A stretch of 64,000 nt of DNA from Bacillota bacterium (GCA_050952625.1 JBMNLH010000002.1:1-64000), one strand, 5' to 3'. Numbered from the stretch's first letter, positions 52,484 through 63,176 are shown. Notes: a model not told the origin generated them from the letters alone. Numbers and translations are program-made.

Positions 52484-53511
52484 TGCAGTTCCCCCCTCAA
52501 GGCGCGCGTTTTACTTTGGATTTCGTGAAGTTTAGCCAGTGCCTGGCCCGAGTCAAGAACCTCCCGCGCCAGAGCGACGCCTTCTGCTAGAGAACCAGCT
52601 TTGTCAGCCACGACCAGGGTGGCGGCTGCATTCAAAAGCAGCATATCCCGCTTAGGTCCGGTTTCTTTACCCGTAAAGAGATCCAGGATGACCTGAGCGT
52701 TGTATTCCGGGCTGCCGCCCCGAATTTCATCTATCGTACAGCGTTTAAAGCCGAAATCTTCGGGAGCAATCGTGTAATATTCGATCCGGCCGTCTTTGAT
52801 CTCAGCGATCTTTGTTTCCCCCAACAGCGAAATCTCATCTAAACCATCCAAACCGTGAACCACCATGGCGTGGGTTAACCCTATTTCCAGACCGACCTCC
52901 GCCACCTGTTCGACTAGCTGCGGCTGATAAACCCCCAGCACGTGTCGTCTGGCGTCAGCCGGGTTGATCACCGGCCCGATAACGGTAAAGAAGATGGTCT
53001 TAATCCCTAGTTCATGCTCCGGGCCAAAAACTTTCATCATTACCGGGTGAAACCGCGGGGCATATAAAAATGAATAGCCCACTTCCTCAATTAACCGTTC
53101 AGCCTGATCTGGTTCCAGTTCGACCGGTATACCCAGGGCTTCTAAAACATCGGCACTGCCAGAAGAGGAGGAAATTGACCGGGAACCGTGTTTGGCGATC
53201 TTGACTCCGGCAGCGGCCGAAAGCAGGGAGTTAGCGGTACTGACATTGAAGGTAGTCAGCCCGCCGCCCGTTCCGCAAGTATCAGTAAGTTCGCCGTTTA
53301 CCCTCGGCTTTATGGCCACGCAAGCGCGGCGCATGGCCCGGGCAATACTGACTATTTCCGCGGTGGTGGGGCCCTTCATCAGCAAGCCCATCAGAAACCC
53401 GGCCACCTGAGTGGTTGGAAAACGATCCTCTTTAATCCCAAAAACCACCTCATCGATTTCCGCTTGATTTAATTCAGAATCCTGACTTAGTTTCCTTAAG
53501 ATATTCTTCAT
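52480..53511 (-). CDS. trpD: Anthranilate phosphoribosyltransferase
   Basis: DTCGTGG...FNVST, KHG.RS.SS.SGSAD.LE.LG and HG.DGLDE motifs. Confidence 0.95.
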   Translation of the reverse strand: MKNILRKLSQDSELNQAEIDEVVFGIKEDRFPTTQVAGFLMGLLMKGPTTAEIVSIARAMRRACVAIKPRVNGELTDTCGTGGGLTTFNVSTANSLLSAAAGVKIAKHGSRSISSSSGSADVLEALGIPVELEPDQAERLIEEVGYSFLYAPRFHPVMMKVFGPEHELGIKTIFFTVIGPVINPADARRHVLGVYQPQLVEQVAEVGLEIGLTHAMVVHGLDGLDEISLLGETKIAEIKDGRIEYYTIAPEDFGFKRCTIDEIRGGSPEYNAQVILDLFTGKETGPKRDMLLLNAAATLVVADKAGSLAEGVALAREVLDSGQALAKLHEIQSKTRALRGELH

Positions 53512-53683
53512 GCCATCCCTCTCCTTTTCGGTATAATTTGATTTGTCCCTTATCGGGAAATGTCCGGGTTGTGGTAACTAAGAGAGAAGGTAGCTGGCTG
53601 GCAATTCCGCTCGCGAAAAAACGGAATCAATTGAGGCTGGCCAAAAATAGAACTGGCTAGAAGAGAGAATCCTGTTCGCACCG

Positions 53684-53717
53684 AAAAATAAAACCAGCAC
53701 TAAGCCCTAGTGCTGGT
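53684..53717 (-). terminator. trp leader attenuator terminator
   Basis: accagcacta/tagtgctggt stem followed by ttttattttt on the minus strand. Confidence 0.8.
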
Positions 53718-53735
53718 CGGGTGTCCTTAGAATGC

Positions 53736-53814
53736 CTCATCTCGACTCAACTCAGCTCAGCTCAGCTCTACTCTGCTCATCTTATTATCCACTTGTCTCA
53801 GCTTTGCTCATCTA
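53736..53814 (-). promoter_or_regulatory. TRAP (MtrB)-binding NAG triplet array in the trp leader
   Basis: 9 GAG plus 1 AAG at exact 5-nt periodicity (53736-53783) and 5 more NAG (53792-53814), just 5' of the terminator; TTGACA -35 at 53870-53875. Confidence 0.85.
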
Positions 53815-54226
53815 GGTCGACCTAGGCTCCTCTTTTCTATATTTGAATATATCACCCTTCGTTTCTGGCTGTCAATAATTATCTGCGTATATTTCAAAGA
53901 CAGTGTGGTCTGTAGCACCGAATAGACCTTCCCCCAACACCGTTTCTACGTCATGTCCTGTCTCAACAAAAATAATACGAAACCTAATAGTGCATATAGG
54001 GAAAATAATAAGGTACATTTCTAATTTTATTCTCAAAAATTTGCCATTTGCTCAAGTTTTCACTTTAGGTGGTATGATAGATAAATAGAATAAGGCTACT
54101 ACTAACATAAAAATATAGTGCTTCTTTGGAAAAAAAGTATGTCATTAATCAGTAGGGCGTAAATAGCTTCGAAAATGACTTGTGCTTTGACGCTTCAATA
54201 GGCTTAACCATGCTCTCCAGGCTTCT

Positions 54227-54245
54227 ATGACACATCTTTGACACA
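54227..54245 (+). promoter_or_regulatory. Direct repeat TGACACA (11-bp period), candidate OmpR-family box; similar boxes at 57248-57279
   Basis: Present upstream of both the response regulator and the vanY-like gene, next to -10 boxes. Confidence 0.55.
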
Positions 54246-54286
54246 AATTTATAATAGAGTGGACACATGTACGGGAGGTATCGTCC

Positions 54287-54940
54287 ATGCTCGATATTCT
54301 GATCGTTGAAGATGAAGACGCAATCGCCAATTTAATACGCATAAGCCTTAATGACGAGGGCTATCGCTGTACCTGCGCTTTTGATGGAAAGCAGGCCGCT
54401 GACATTATTGAAGGAGGAAATTTCGACCTTATTTTGCTTGATATTATGCTGCCGGAATTTAACGGCTATGAGTTGCTCGAATATATTAAACCGCTTGGAA
54501 CACCCGTGATTTTCATTACCGCCAAGGGCACGGTCAATGATCGAATAAAAGGGCTTAAACTCGGAGCGGACGACTATATCGTAAAACCATTCCAAATCGG
54601 TGAACTATCCGCACGGGTGGAAGCGGTTTTACGCCGATCCGGTAAAAGCGAAAAACAATTATCTTTTCGTGATGTTTTTATCAACACTGATTCGCGGCAG
54701 GTAAAAAAAGATAATCAGATTATTGACCTGACCGTTAAAGAGTTTGATTTGTTGGTTGAACTTGTACGCAATAAAAATGTGGCACTCTACCGCGAGCGTC
54801 TCTACGAAAAAGTTTGGGGAGAAGAGTTTACTGGGGAAACGCGGACACTGGACTCTCACATCCAACGCCTAAGAAAAAAGCTCGGTTGGGAGGATTGCAT
54901 CAAAACCGTCTTTCGCATTGGCTACCGATTGGAGGGATAG
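54287..54940 (+). CDS. OmpR family response regulator
   Basis: ILIVEDE, LLDIMLP, GADDYIVKPF and winged HTH motifs. Confidence 0.95.
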   Translation: MLDILIVEDEDAIANLIRISLNDEGYRCTCAFDGKQAADIIEGGNFDLILLDIMLPEFNGYELLEYIKPLGTPVIFITAKGTVNDRIKGLKLGADDYIVKPFQIGELSARVEAVLRRSGKSEKQLSFRDVFINTDSRQVKKDNQIIDLTVKEFDLLVELVRNKNVALYRERLYEKVWGEEFTGETRTLDSHIQRLRKKLGWEDCIKTVFRIGYRLEG

Positions 54941-54943
54941 GAT

Positions 54944-56308
54944 GTGAGGCTGTTTGCCAAAATATTCCTTTGCGCAACGCTTGTATTAAGTATGGCACTC
55001 TCACTTTCCGGCTATTTGCTGATCACTTCATCCTACAAAAACGCGATCATTCGTGAAACGGAACGCGCGCTTGACGAGTACCAGTATAATAAATTTTCCG
55101 TCCAGGCGGCACTCCTTCTAAACGCGGACAGCTTTCAAGATGCGTTTCCCTTCGATTACAGCAGCCAGGCGGCCCTTTTCGCAGAAGATAAATCCCTTGT
55201 TTTCTCGAGCCTGCCGCTTGAATCTCAATTTGAGATACTTGATCTGGTATCTGACGATACGGTGACTTACCGCGTCGAGCAAATAGGTTCAAAGCAATAT
55301 ATCATGGTCTGCGGTAAACTTGTTCAAAATGGAAGAACGCTCTATTTATTAGTTGCGTCGGACATAAGCTCGATAAGCAGGCAAAGTGACGAAATGATTC
55401 AAAACTTTGGACAAGTGTATTTTATTACTCTTGGCATCAGTATGCTTCTAATACTTGTATTTTCCGCATTGCTTACCCACCCGATCAAAAGGCTGACAAG
55501 GGCATCTGCGCAGATTGCAAGCGGTCATTACGATAAACGGCTGCCTGTTTCCGGGGGTGATGAAATTGCTGAACTTTCCGGGAGTTTTAACATAATGGCA
55601 AAGGCCATTGAGGATAAAGTAGAGGAACTATCCGTAAACGCCCAGCAAAAAGAAGACTTCGTCGCAAATTTTACCCATGAACTCAAGACCCCTCTCACCT
55701 CAGTGATCGGGTATGCGGATATGATTTATCAAAAAGATCTGCCGCGTGATGATGTGAGAAACGCCGCGAGATATATCATAGATGAAGGCTTGCGTCTAGA
55801 AGCCTTATCAATAAAACTTATGGATTTGATCGTGTTGAATCGTCAGGATTTTATTTTGACAGAAACGCCTGTTAAAGAGTTACTAGATAACATCACTCAT
55901 ACTTTAAGGCCCTTGCTTTTGGATATGAAGATAGAATTGCTCTATGAAACAGATCACGCTTATATCAAAGTTGATTATGACTTATTCAAAACCCTTTTAT
56001 TAAACCTGATTGACAATTCCATTAAGGCAGGCAGTACAAAAATCGAAATTTCCGGCAAACGGTACGGTAAGCACTATTGCTTAGGTGTCGCTGATAACGG
56101 GTGCGGGATCCCGGCTCATGAAATAGAACGTATCACCGAAGCGTTCTATATGGTAGATAAATCCCGTTCGCGTAAGCAACACAGCTCGGGATTGGGGCTT
56201 GCCTTGGCGTCAAGGATTGCTGCAATCCATGGCACAACTCTCAAATTTGTCAGCGAGGAGCAAAAAGGTACCTTAGTTGAAATAAATCTGCTCTGCGAGG
56301 AGGTCTAA
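54944..56308 (+). CDS. HAMP-domain sensor histidine kinase
   Basis: Two TMs, HAMP, THELKTPLT, NLIDNS, DNG.GI and GLGL motifs. Confidence 0.95.
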   Translation: MRLFAKIFLCATLVLSMALSLSGYLLITSSYKNAIIRETERALDEYQYNKFSVQAALLLNADSFQDAFPFDYSSQAALFAEDKSLVFSSLPLESQFEILDLVSDDTVTYRVEQIGSKQYIMVCGKLVQNGRTLYLLVASDISSISRQSDEMIQNFGQVYFITLGISMLLILVFSALLTHPIKRLTRASAQIASGHYDKRLPVSGGDEIAELSGSFNIMAKAIEDKVEELSVNAQQKEDFVANFTHELKTPLTSVIGYADMIYQKDLPRDDVRNAARYIIDEGLRLEALSIKLMDLIVLNRQDFILTETPVKELLDNITHTLRPLLLDMKIELLYETDHAYIKVDYDLFKTLLLNLIDNSIKAGSTKIEISGKRYGKHYCLGVADNGCGIPAHEIERITEAFYMVDKSRSRKQHSSGLGLALASRIAAIHGTTLKFVSEEQKGTLVEINLLCEEV

Positions 56309-56309
56309 A

Positions 56310-57191
56310 TTGATGAATAAGCAAGGGATATATACAGCTGTGGGTATTACGCTTTCACTCATGATAGCCTTTGGCGGGTGGATACTGACAAATACCCTGC
56401 TCGATAAACAGGAAACCGTGCTGCTTTCTAAGACTGGGAGCATCTATGTTCCAGCGGGATTGAAAACTACGGCTGGGTCGGCCAATGATGCGAATTCAAA
56501 CTTACCTCCAAAAACCAAGACAGAGCTCCTACCTAATGAAACAAAGCTGGAAGAAGGGGTGATGGCCAAGATATTAGCCAACTGGAACGCTCCCCAAAGC
56601 TATGCCCGGCCACATGATCCGGTTGAGGGTCAGCTCAGCATGGAGCAGGCTATTACTGCGGCAAAAAATGGATTATCACATTTCAGTACCCAGGGGATCA
56701 TTCCACTGGAACTGCTGGAAAATGAATTTACACGTACTAAGGCTTCTCTTTGGGAGAATCAACCGGCAATCAAAGAGAATCCATCGGATCCGCGGGTCAG
56801 GGTAAGCATAGAACTGCCACCAGCATACAGTTATTGGGTAATCACGTTTGACAATGAAAAACTTAATGTGCGGCTGATGCTCAACGCTGTAACCGGGGCG
56901 ATATGGAGAGCTGATATTGTTTCATATCAGGCGGAAACAACATTTACCGATCTTGATGTGGTGGAAATGATAGAGATATATGCGGCTTACTTGGGACTTG
57001 ACGGCGGAGGCACCCTTAATTTCAACGAAACCTGGGCATCAAAAGGATTTGCGGGAGATATTATCAGTGTTACGGCGATAAAAAAAGGGACTGGAGTGGG
57101 CGGCGCGGAAAGTTATAACGGAATATCCTTATATTTATCCGAGTTTGGCCGTCCAGCCAGGGACGTGAGTATTGCGGTGAAATATAAATAA
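56310..57191 (+). CDS. Membrane-anchored hypothetical protein, probable TCS accessory
   Basis: N-terminal TM; GAGGAGG RBS at the end of the kinase gene. Confidence 0.65.
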   Translation: MMNKQGIYTAVGITLSLMIAFGGWILTNTLLDKQETVLLSKTGSIYVPAGLKTTAGSANDANSNLPPKTKTELLPNETKLEEGVMAKILANWNAPQSYARPHDPVEGQLSMEQAITAAKNGLSHFSTQGIIPLELLENEFTRTKASLWENQPAIKENPSDPRVRVSIELPPAYSYWVITFDNEKLNVRLMLNAVTGAIWRADIVSYQAETTFTDLDVVEMIEIYAAYLGLDGGGTLNFNETWASKGFAGDIISVTAIKKGTGVGGAESYNGISLYLSEFGRPARDVSIAVKYK

Positions 57192-57323
57192 ATAGAAGAT
57201 GGGGGAAGCCAATGTTAAGTTTTCCGCTCAGAGAGAATATTACAACTTTGACACATCTGTAAAACAATTCTTTGACACCTCCCGGTTATGATTGAATCCA
57301 AAATTAATAACTAGGAGGTTTTA

Positions 57324-58235
57324 TTGTTGAAAAGACTAATATGTACCCTGATGACATTTGTCCTCGCGTTACTTTGGGGAGGTAATCTAGTTTTCGAGGC
57401 ATACGCCACAGATGTAAGAACGGAACTCATTTCAAGAAAGACCATCACGGACAAAATTTGCTTAATTTCCGAGCAAATTCGTTTATTAATCTCGGATCAA
57501 ATTCCTTTAAAGGAGAAATTATCAGAACAAACCACGATGAAGATCAGTGAACCGCCCAAGTTCATTCCATCTATTAATAACAACGAGGATTGGATGCTGA
57601 CATTGGTAAATTACAACAATCCCCTTCCCGATACATACAAACCCGTATTAAAAAGTCTTTCCAACGGCTTACAATTCGATGCGCGCGCCATCGATCAACT
57701 TAATTTAATGCTTTCGGACGCAAGGGCGCAAGGCTTATCTCCTGTCGTTTGTTCAGCATACAGATCGGTTGAATACCAACAAAAGCTATTCAACAATCAG
57801 GTCAAAAAACAGATGGCCAAAGGATTAGATCGTCAACAGGCCGAGCTTGAAGCTCAAAAAGTCGTCGCCTATCCGGGAACGAGCGAACACAATTTAGGTC
57901 TGGCCGCCGATATTGTCTCGTTAAGCTATCAACACCTTGATCAAGCACAAGCCAATACAGCTGAGGTGAAATGGCTTACTAGGCATTGCAGCGAGTACGG
58001 TTTCATACTTCGGTATCCAGAAGGAAAAACAAATATTACCGGCGTAATTTATGAACCCTGGCACTTTAGATATGTAGGCATAGATGCAGCGAAGGAAATC
58101 ATGGAAAGCGGCCAGTGTCTTGAAGAATATTTAGAGTTTAAAGAAAGTGCTCTGGCTAGGACTTCTTCAACAACTCGGGGGCCTTATGGAATTACATCTG
58201 TTATGTTCATTCAATTGATTCCCTTTTTCCATTGA
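57324..58235 (+). CDS. M15B D-Ala-D-Ala carboxypeptidase (VanY-like)
   Basis: LVN, SAYRS..YQ, PGTSEH.LGLA.D, YGFILRYP and YEPWHFRYVG motifs. Confidence 0.9.
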   Translation: MLKRLICTLMTFVLALLWGGNLVFEAYATDVRTELISRKTITDKICLISEQIRLLISDQIPLKEKLSEQTTMKISEPPKFIPSINNNEDWMLTLVNYNNPLPDTYKPVLKSLSNGLQFDARAIDQLNLMLSDARAQGLSPVVCSAYRSVEYQQKLFNNQVKKQMAKGLDRQQAELEAQKVVAYPGTSEHNLGLAADIVSLSYQHLDQAQANTAEVKWLTRHCSEYGFILRYPEGKTNITGVIYEPWHFRYVGIDAAKEIMESGQCLEEYLEFKESALARTSSTTRGPYGITSVMFIQLIPFFH

Positions 58236-58348
58236 TTGACATTAAATTAGTTATCTGCTACAATATCTTAAATATAAAAACTTAAATATTATGATTGATC
58301 TAATTTATAAAATACACTGTGTGCCGTATACAAAAGGATGTGTTTTAA

Positions 58349-58777
58349 TTGAGAATAAACCAACTTATTAGTATCTGTCGAAAATATCACGTTGCGTTAT
58401 TATATTTATTTGGTTCTCAGCAGAAAACAGGTCTTGCCCTTTTAAAAGGAGAAAACGTCTCTGTTGATAATCCTCTGACCGACGTGGACATCGGGGTTGT
58501 TTTTGCAAAAGAACTGCCTTCGCCTTATGAACGAGCAAGGCTATACGCTCATGTTTACAATGATCTTACCGATCTATTTCTCCCCTTTAGGACCGACCTG
58601 TGTTTTTTGCAAGAAAACCATTCTGTATTTCAGTTAGAGGCTGTGGCGCGAGGTATCTGTATTTATGCAGCGGATGAAACCTTTCAAGAAGAATATGAAA
58701 TGTCAGTCCTGCGGCGAGGAGCCGACTTTCGTTGGGTTTTAGACAAGTTTTATGAAGAAAAATTGGCTGATTATTGA
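58349..58777 (+). CDS. Minimal nucleotidyltransferase (MntA-like antitoxin)
   Basis: LYLFGSQ...DVDIGV motif; precedes a HEPN gene. Confidence 0.85.
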   Translation: MRINQLISICRKYHVALLYLFGSQQKTGLALLKGENVSVDNPLTDVDIGVVFAKELPSPYERARLYAHVYNDLTDLFLPFRTDLCFLQENHSVFQLEAVARGICIYAADETFQEEYEMSVLRRGADFRWVLDKFYEEKLADY

Positions 58778-58807
58778 AAACTATACTTATTCAAAGAGGA
58801 ACTGTGC

Positions 58808-59239
58808 ATGAATAGTATTAATAAAACCCTAGTCTATGATCGACTCAGTCTGATCAATGACGCAGTGATAAAGCTAAAAGAGTTAAGTCTGATTCCATTG
58901 AACCATTTTATTAATTCCATTGAAGCTGCAGCGGCTGAAAGCTATCTGCGCCGAGCATTGGAAGCGATCTTTGACGTGGGACGTCATATCCTCTCCAAAA
59001 TTGGGGAAAAAGAACTAGCCGCGGAGTACAAGTCTATTGCCCGGGGTTTAGTCATTAATGGAGTTATCAATTCGGACATCGGCAATACCCTTCTAAATAT
59101 GGCCGGCTATCGAAATCGGTTGGTTCACCTTTACCATCAGGTAACTGACGAAGAACTATACCAGATATTACAAAACAACCTTGGTGATATCCGGCAGTTT
59201 GTTTCCCAAATCAAACAATATGTTGGCAAATGTCTCTAA
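58808..59239 (+). CDS. DUF86/HEPN ribonuclease (HepT-like toxin)
   Basis: RX4HXY motif RNRLVHLY. Confidence 0.88.
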   Translation: MNSINKTLVYDRLSLINDAVIKLKELSLIPLNHFINSIEAAAAESYLRRALEAIFDVGRHILSKIGEKELAAEYKSIARGLVINGVINSDIGNTLLNMAGYRNRLVHLYHQVTDEELYQILQNNLGDIRQFVSQIKQYVGKCL

Positions 59240-59454
59240 CTCGCCAATATTTTTGTTGTCTATCCCCCACCGTACCAACGTTTAATCAAGGCTAATGTCT
59301 AGTATCTTAACTAACTTTTCCCGTTGATTAAGGAATTTAGCTAACGAGAAATAAAATAAGGCAAAAGACAAAGCCTGAAATGTACGATACTGAAAAAGAG
59401 GGTACGAATACAACCAACTTACCTAGAATAATCGCAGTAATTTTTAATTAAAAT

Positions 59455-60699
59455 ATGGTGAGGATTGACATCATGCCCAAAAGTATGCAAACCATATTGT
59501 CGCTTAGCCTGCCGGCCCTTTTGCTGATTCTTGCTTACCTGTGCTTGCTGAACATAGCCGGCCTGCCGGCATTAATCATCAATCTGCTGCCATTGTTACC
59601 TTATCTTTTGTTGCTGGTAGCCGGCTGCCTGGCTTACCACTTTAACCAGAGCATACTTTTCTACCTGGCCTTGGCTTTCATCGCCATTCAGCTTATTACT
59701 GATGGATACCTTTTTCAGCAGCACTCCTTTGACAGTGCACAGATGGGCTTGATCTATTCGCTGATCGCCATCCTGGTTCCACTTAACCTGTTAGTTTACA
59801 GTTTCTTACAGGAGAGGGGTATATTAAGCCTGTGGGGATTTCTGAAGCTGTTTTTCATTATCCTTCAATTCCTAGGGGCAGCTTGGATCGTTAGCAGCGG
59901 CCAGACGGGTATTCTCAGCCTAATCTACGCCCAGATTCTACCTTGGTATTTTCCGCTTCCGCAAGGGATGGCCCAGCTTAGCCTGCTGGTATTTGGCCTG
60001 GTGATTACGGCGTTCTTAATTAAACTCTGGTTCAATAATGCTTTTTTCACAACAACAGCCATCGGGGTATTGTTAAGCCTTGGTTTATCTTTTTATTTTC
60101 AGGAGTGGCCATTGGCCGCCCCGATTTTTATGAGTAGTGTCGGCCTTTTGATGATCATCTGTATTCTCCAAAATACCCATAGTATGGCCTATCTGGATGA
60201 GCTCACCGAAATCCCTGGCCGCCGGGCCCTCCGGGAAGAGATGATGAAACTCAGCGGTGCTTATACTGTCGCGATGGTGGACATCGACCATTTTAAAAAA
60301 TTTAACGATACCTACGGGCATGATGTGGGTGATGATGTTTTGAGAATGGTGGCCTCGAAGCTAAAGCGGGTTACCGGAGGAGGAAAAGCCTTTCGCTATG
60401 GAGGAGAGGAGTTTGTCATTATTTTTGCAAGGAAAAAGCTCGCTGATGTCCTGCCTCATCTGGAAAAACTGCGGGAGACAATCGCTCATTCGGAGTTTGT
60501 GATTAGGGGTAAAGATCGTCCGAAAAATAAACCCGCTAAACCGAAATCGACTCAACCAGTGAAAAAAATTTCGGTTACCGTAAGCATCGGAGCGGCAGAA
60601 AAAAACCGCCCCCTGGAAAAAGCGGAAGAGGTTCTAAAAGAAGCTGACAAGGCCCTGTATCGGGCCAAGAAAAAAGGGCGCAACTGCGTCTGCAAATAA
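59455..60699 (+). CDS. Membrane-bound diguanylate cyclase (GGDEF)
   Basis: Multiple TMs; DIDHFK.FND.YGH..GD, RYGGEEF and AD.ALY.AK..GRN motifs. Confidence 0.93.
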   Translation: MVRIDIMPKSMQTILSLSLPALLLILAYLCLLNIAGLPALIINLLPLLPYLLLLVAGCLAYHFNQSILFYLALAFIAIQLITDGYLFQQHSFDSAQMGLIYSLIAILVPLNLLVYSFLQERGILSLWGFLKLFFIILQFLGAAWIVSSGQTGILSLIYAQILPWYFPLPQGMAQLSLLVFGLVITAFLIKLWFNNAFFTTTAIGVLLSLGLSFYFQEWPLAAPIFMSSVGLLMIICILQNTHSMAYLDELTEIPGRRALREEMMKLSGAYTVAMVDIDHFKKFNDTYGHDVGDDVLRMVASKLKRVTGGGKAFRYGGEEFVIIFARKKLADVLPHLEKLRETIAHSEFVIRGKDRPKNKPAKPKSTQPVKKISVTVSIGAAEKNRPLEKAEEVLKEADKALYRAKKKGRNCVCK

Positions 60700-60703
60700 G
60701 GTC

Positions 60704-62101
60704 TTACATCTGCTTCAAGTCTGCTTCATTCAAGGGTGCGGGTAATTGTTTAGATACTTCCGTCTGGGGCAGACTCTTTATTTCAAAGTATAAAAAAGTA
60801 GCGGTTATCATTACGGCTATCGCATCCGAGAACGGAGCAGCTCGCCAAACCCCGTTAATCCCCCAAAAACGCGGTAGAAGCAGCAGCAACGGAATAAATA
60901 CCAGGACCTGCCGGGACAAACCGAGGATCGTCGCTTTCAGTCCTTTACCAACTGCTTGAAAGTAGATAGGGCCGACAACCTGGAAGCCAAGAATAAAAAT
61001 GATGGCTAAATAGACCTGCATGGCATCAGCCGTCAGCTGGATAAGGGCCGTGTCCTTGGTAAACAGACTTGCTATTTGGCTAGGCCAGATCTGAATCACC
61101 AGGTAACCGGCGATAGAAATACCAGATGCGGCAATAATTGCTTTTTTCAAGGCTTCTTTAACTCGGTCATATTGCCGGGCCCCATAATTGAAACCGACCA
61201 GGGGCTGCATTCCCTGACTAATCCCGAGAATAGGCATAAGCATAATCGCCACGATACTCATGATAATGCCGACCGCAGACAGGGCTAAATCGCCTCCATA
61301 TGCGGTGAGGGTTTTATTAATAATCAATTGCTGAACACTGTTAGCCAGCTGCAAGGCAAAAGGTGCACAGCCGATGGACACAATACTCAACAATACTGGT
61401 GCTTGCAGACGGAAATTTTTCAGTCTGATTTTCACCAGACTGCGGCCGGTAAAAAAATAGCCAAGAACCCAAAGGGCCGAGATGAATTGACCGGATACCG
61501 TAGCCAGGGCTGATCCTTTAATGCCCAGACCCAATTGGAAAATAAAGATATAATTTAAGACTATATTGACCGTAGCCCCGATAAGCTGCGTGTACATAGC
61601 GGTTTTCGCGTCGCCCTGCGCTCTGATAAAGTTGTTCATGCCTATGCTAATGGAACTTATAGCCGAACCCAGCATAATTATCTGCATGAAATCGCGGGCA
61701 TAGGGCAAAACCTCGGGACTAGCCCCAAAAGTTTTTAGAATTGGATCCGGAAATAGCAGGTAGATAACCGTCAGACACAGCGGCAGGAGAACCAGCAGTA
61801 GGGTCGCATTGCCGGCGATCTTCTCGGCCTCTTCTTTTTTCTGCTCCCCCAGCCGGATTGAGATCAGCGCGGTCGCTCCTACCCCAATCAGGACCGACAC
61901 CGCCATTAAGATGATCATGATGGGAAAAGCCACAGTTGTGGCGGCGATGGCCAGCGAGCCAACCCCGCGCCCGACAAAGATCCGGTCCACCACATTGTAA
62001 AGAGCATTAATCAGCATCCCGGCTATGGCGGGCAATGAGAATTTTAGGAGTAACCTACCTATATCTTCATCACGCATCATGGCGGTATTGTCCATTTGCA
62101 C
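60704..62101 (-). CDS. MATE family efflux transporter (MepA-like)
   Basis: LP...GM.INALYNVVDRIFVG, G.QP.VGFNYGA and GLSRQ motifs; ~12 TM. Confidence 0.93.
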   Translation of the reverse strand: MQMDNTAMMRDEDIGRLLLKFSLPAIAGMLINALYNVVDRIFVGRGVGSLAIAATTVAFPIMIILMAVSVLIGVGATALISIRLGEQKKEEAEKIAGNATLLLVLLPLCLTVIYLLFPDPILKTFGASPEVLPYARDFMQIIMLGSAISSISIGMNNFIRAQGDAKTAMYTQLIGATVNIVLNYIFIFQLGLGIKGSALATVSGQFISALWVLGYFFTGRSLVKIRLKNFRLQAPVLLSIVSIGCAPFALQLANSVQQLIINKTLTAYGGDLALSAVGIIMSIVAIMLMPILGISQGMQPLVGFNYGARQYDRVKEALKKAIIAASGISIAGYLVIQIWPSQIASLFTKDTALIQLTADAMQVYLAIIFILGFQVVGPIYFQAVGKGLKATILGLSRQVLVFIPLLLLLPRFWGINGVWRAAPFSDAIAVMITATFLYFEIKSLPQTEVSKQLPAPLNEADLKQM

Positions 62102-62339
62102 TCACCTTTCGTTTGGTACGATTATTCTTCAGCCTTGTAGAGTCCCTTCGCTCATTTTAATATGAAACTAGGTCTTGGTTCAAACAGTATTTACAATGGT
62201 TTTAGCAACAACCGAAAGACCCTTTGCACAACCAGGTAAATTTGTTATAATTGCGGAGAATAACCATAAAATCTGCTGAATATCGGCAGATCATTGTATA
62301 CAATTAGCCGAAGTACATATAAGAGGGAGCGGAAAAGGC

Positions 62340-63176
62340 TTGCAATTTATAAAAGTTCATGGTATTGGCAATGATTTTGTCTTAATGGATTTTTTACAAG
62401 GTGCCCCGGAACGGGATTGGCCGCAATTGGCCCAACAAATATGTAATCGTCATTTTGGCGTCGGGGCCGATGGTTTGGTTTTAATCCACCCCTCAACAAC
62501 AGCGCATATCCGAATGCAGGTTTTTAACCCAGATGGCAGTGAAGCAGAAATGTGCGGCAACGCGATTCGGTGTGTTGCCCGCTATGTTTATCAGCGTCAG
62601 CTGGTGAATGAGCTTTTTATTAAAGTGGAAACCCTGGCTGGCCTCAGGATCCCGGAAATTATTTTGAACGATCAGGGAGACTTGGCCGGAGTTAAAGTTG
62701 ATATGGGCAAACCAATCTTAGATCCCACCCTCATTCCCATGTCTATTCTCGGGGAAAAAGTCGTCAATCATCCCCTGCAATTTGCCGGCGACGAATTGAT
62801 GATTACCGCCGTCTCCATGGGTAACCCCCACTGTATTACCTATGTCTCAGATTTAGACAAAACCCCCTTTTACGACTGGGGCCCCAAGTTAGAAACCCAC
62901 CCCTTATTTCCCAAAAAAACCAATGTAGAATTTGTCGAGGTCCTTAATCCCCAAGAAGTCCGCATGCGGGTCTGGGAAAGAGGTGCTGGGGAAACCTTGG
63001 CCTGTGGGACTGGAGCGTGTGCAGTGGGGGTGGCGAGTTTTCTCAACGGTTTGACCGAACGGTTAATTACGGTTCACCTGCCGGGAGGGGACCTGCAAAT
63101 TGAATGGGCAGAAAATGGTCGCGTGTACATGACTGGCCCGGCGCAGGAGGTCTTTATTGGTAATTGGTTGGAGTAA
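62340..63176 (+). CDS. dapF: Diaminopimelate epimerase
   Basis: HG.GNDF, EMCGNA.RC, SMGNPH and ERGAGETLACGTG motifs. Confidence 0.97.
   Translation: MQFIKVHGIGNDFVLMDFLQGAPERDWPQLAQQICNRHFGVGADGLVLIHPSTTAHIRMQVFNPDGSEAEMCGNAIRCVARYVYQRQLVNELFIKVETLAGLRIPEIILNDQGDLAGVKVDMGKPILDPTLIPMSILGEKVVNHPLQFAGDELMITAVSMGNPHCITYVSDLDKTPFYDWGPKLETHPLFPKKTNVEFVEVLNPQEVRMRVWERGAGETLACGTGACAVGVASFLNGLTERLITVHLPGGDLQIEWAENGRVYMTGPAQEVFIGNWLE

Noticed and set aside
53560-53830. T-box riboswitch for the trp operon
   Set aside because: No T-box antiterminator consensus (AAnnnGGGTGGnACCRCG) was seen; the NAG array explains the leader
57324-58235. Vancomycin-resistance cluster
   Set aside because: Only a VanY-like peptidase and a generic TCS are present; there is no D-Ala-D-Lac/Ser ligase, vanH, vanX or vanT
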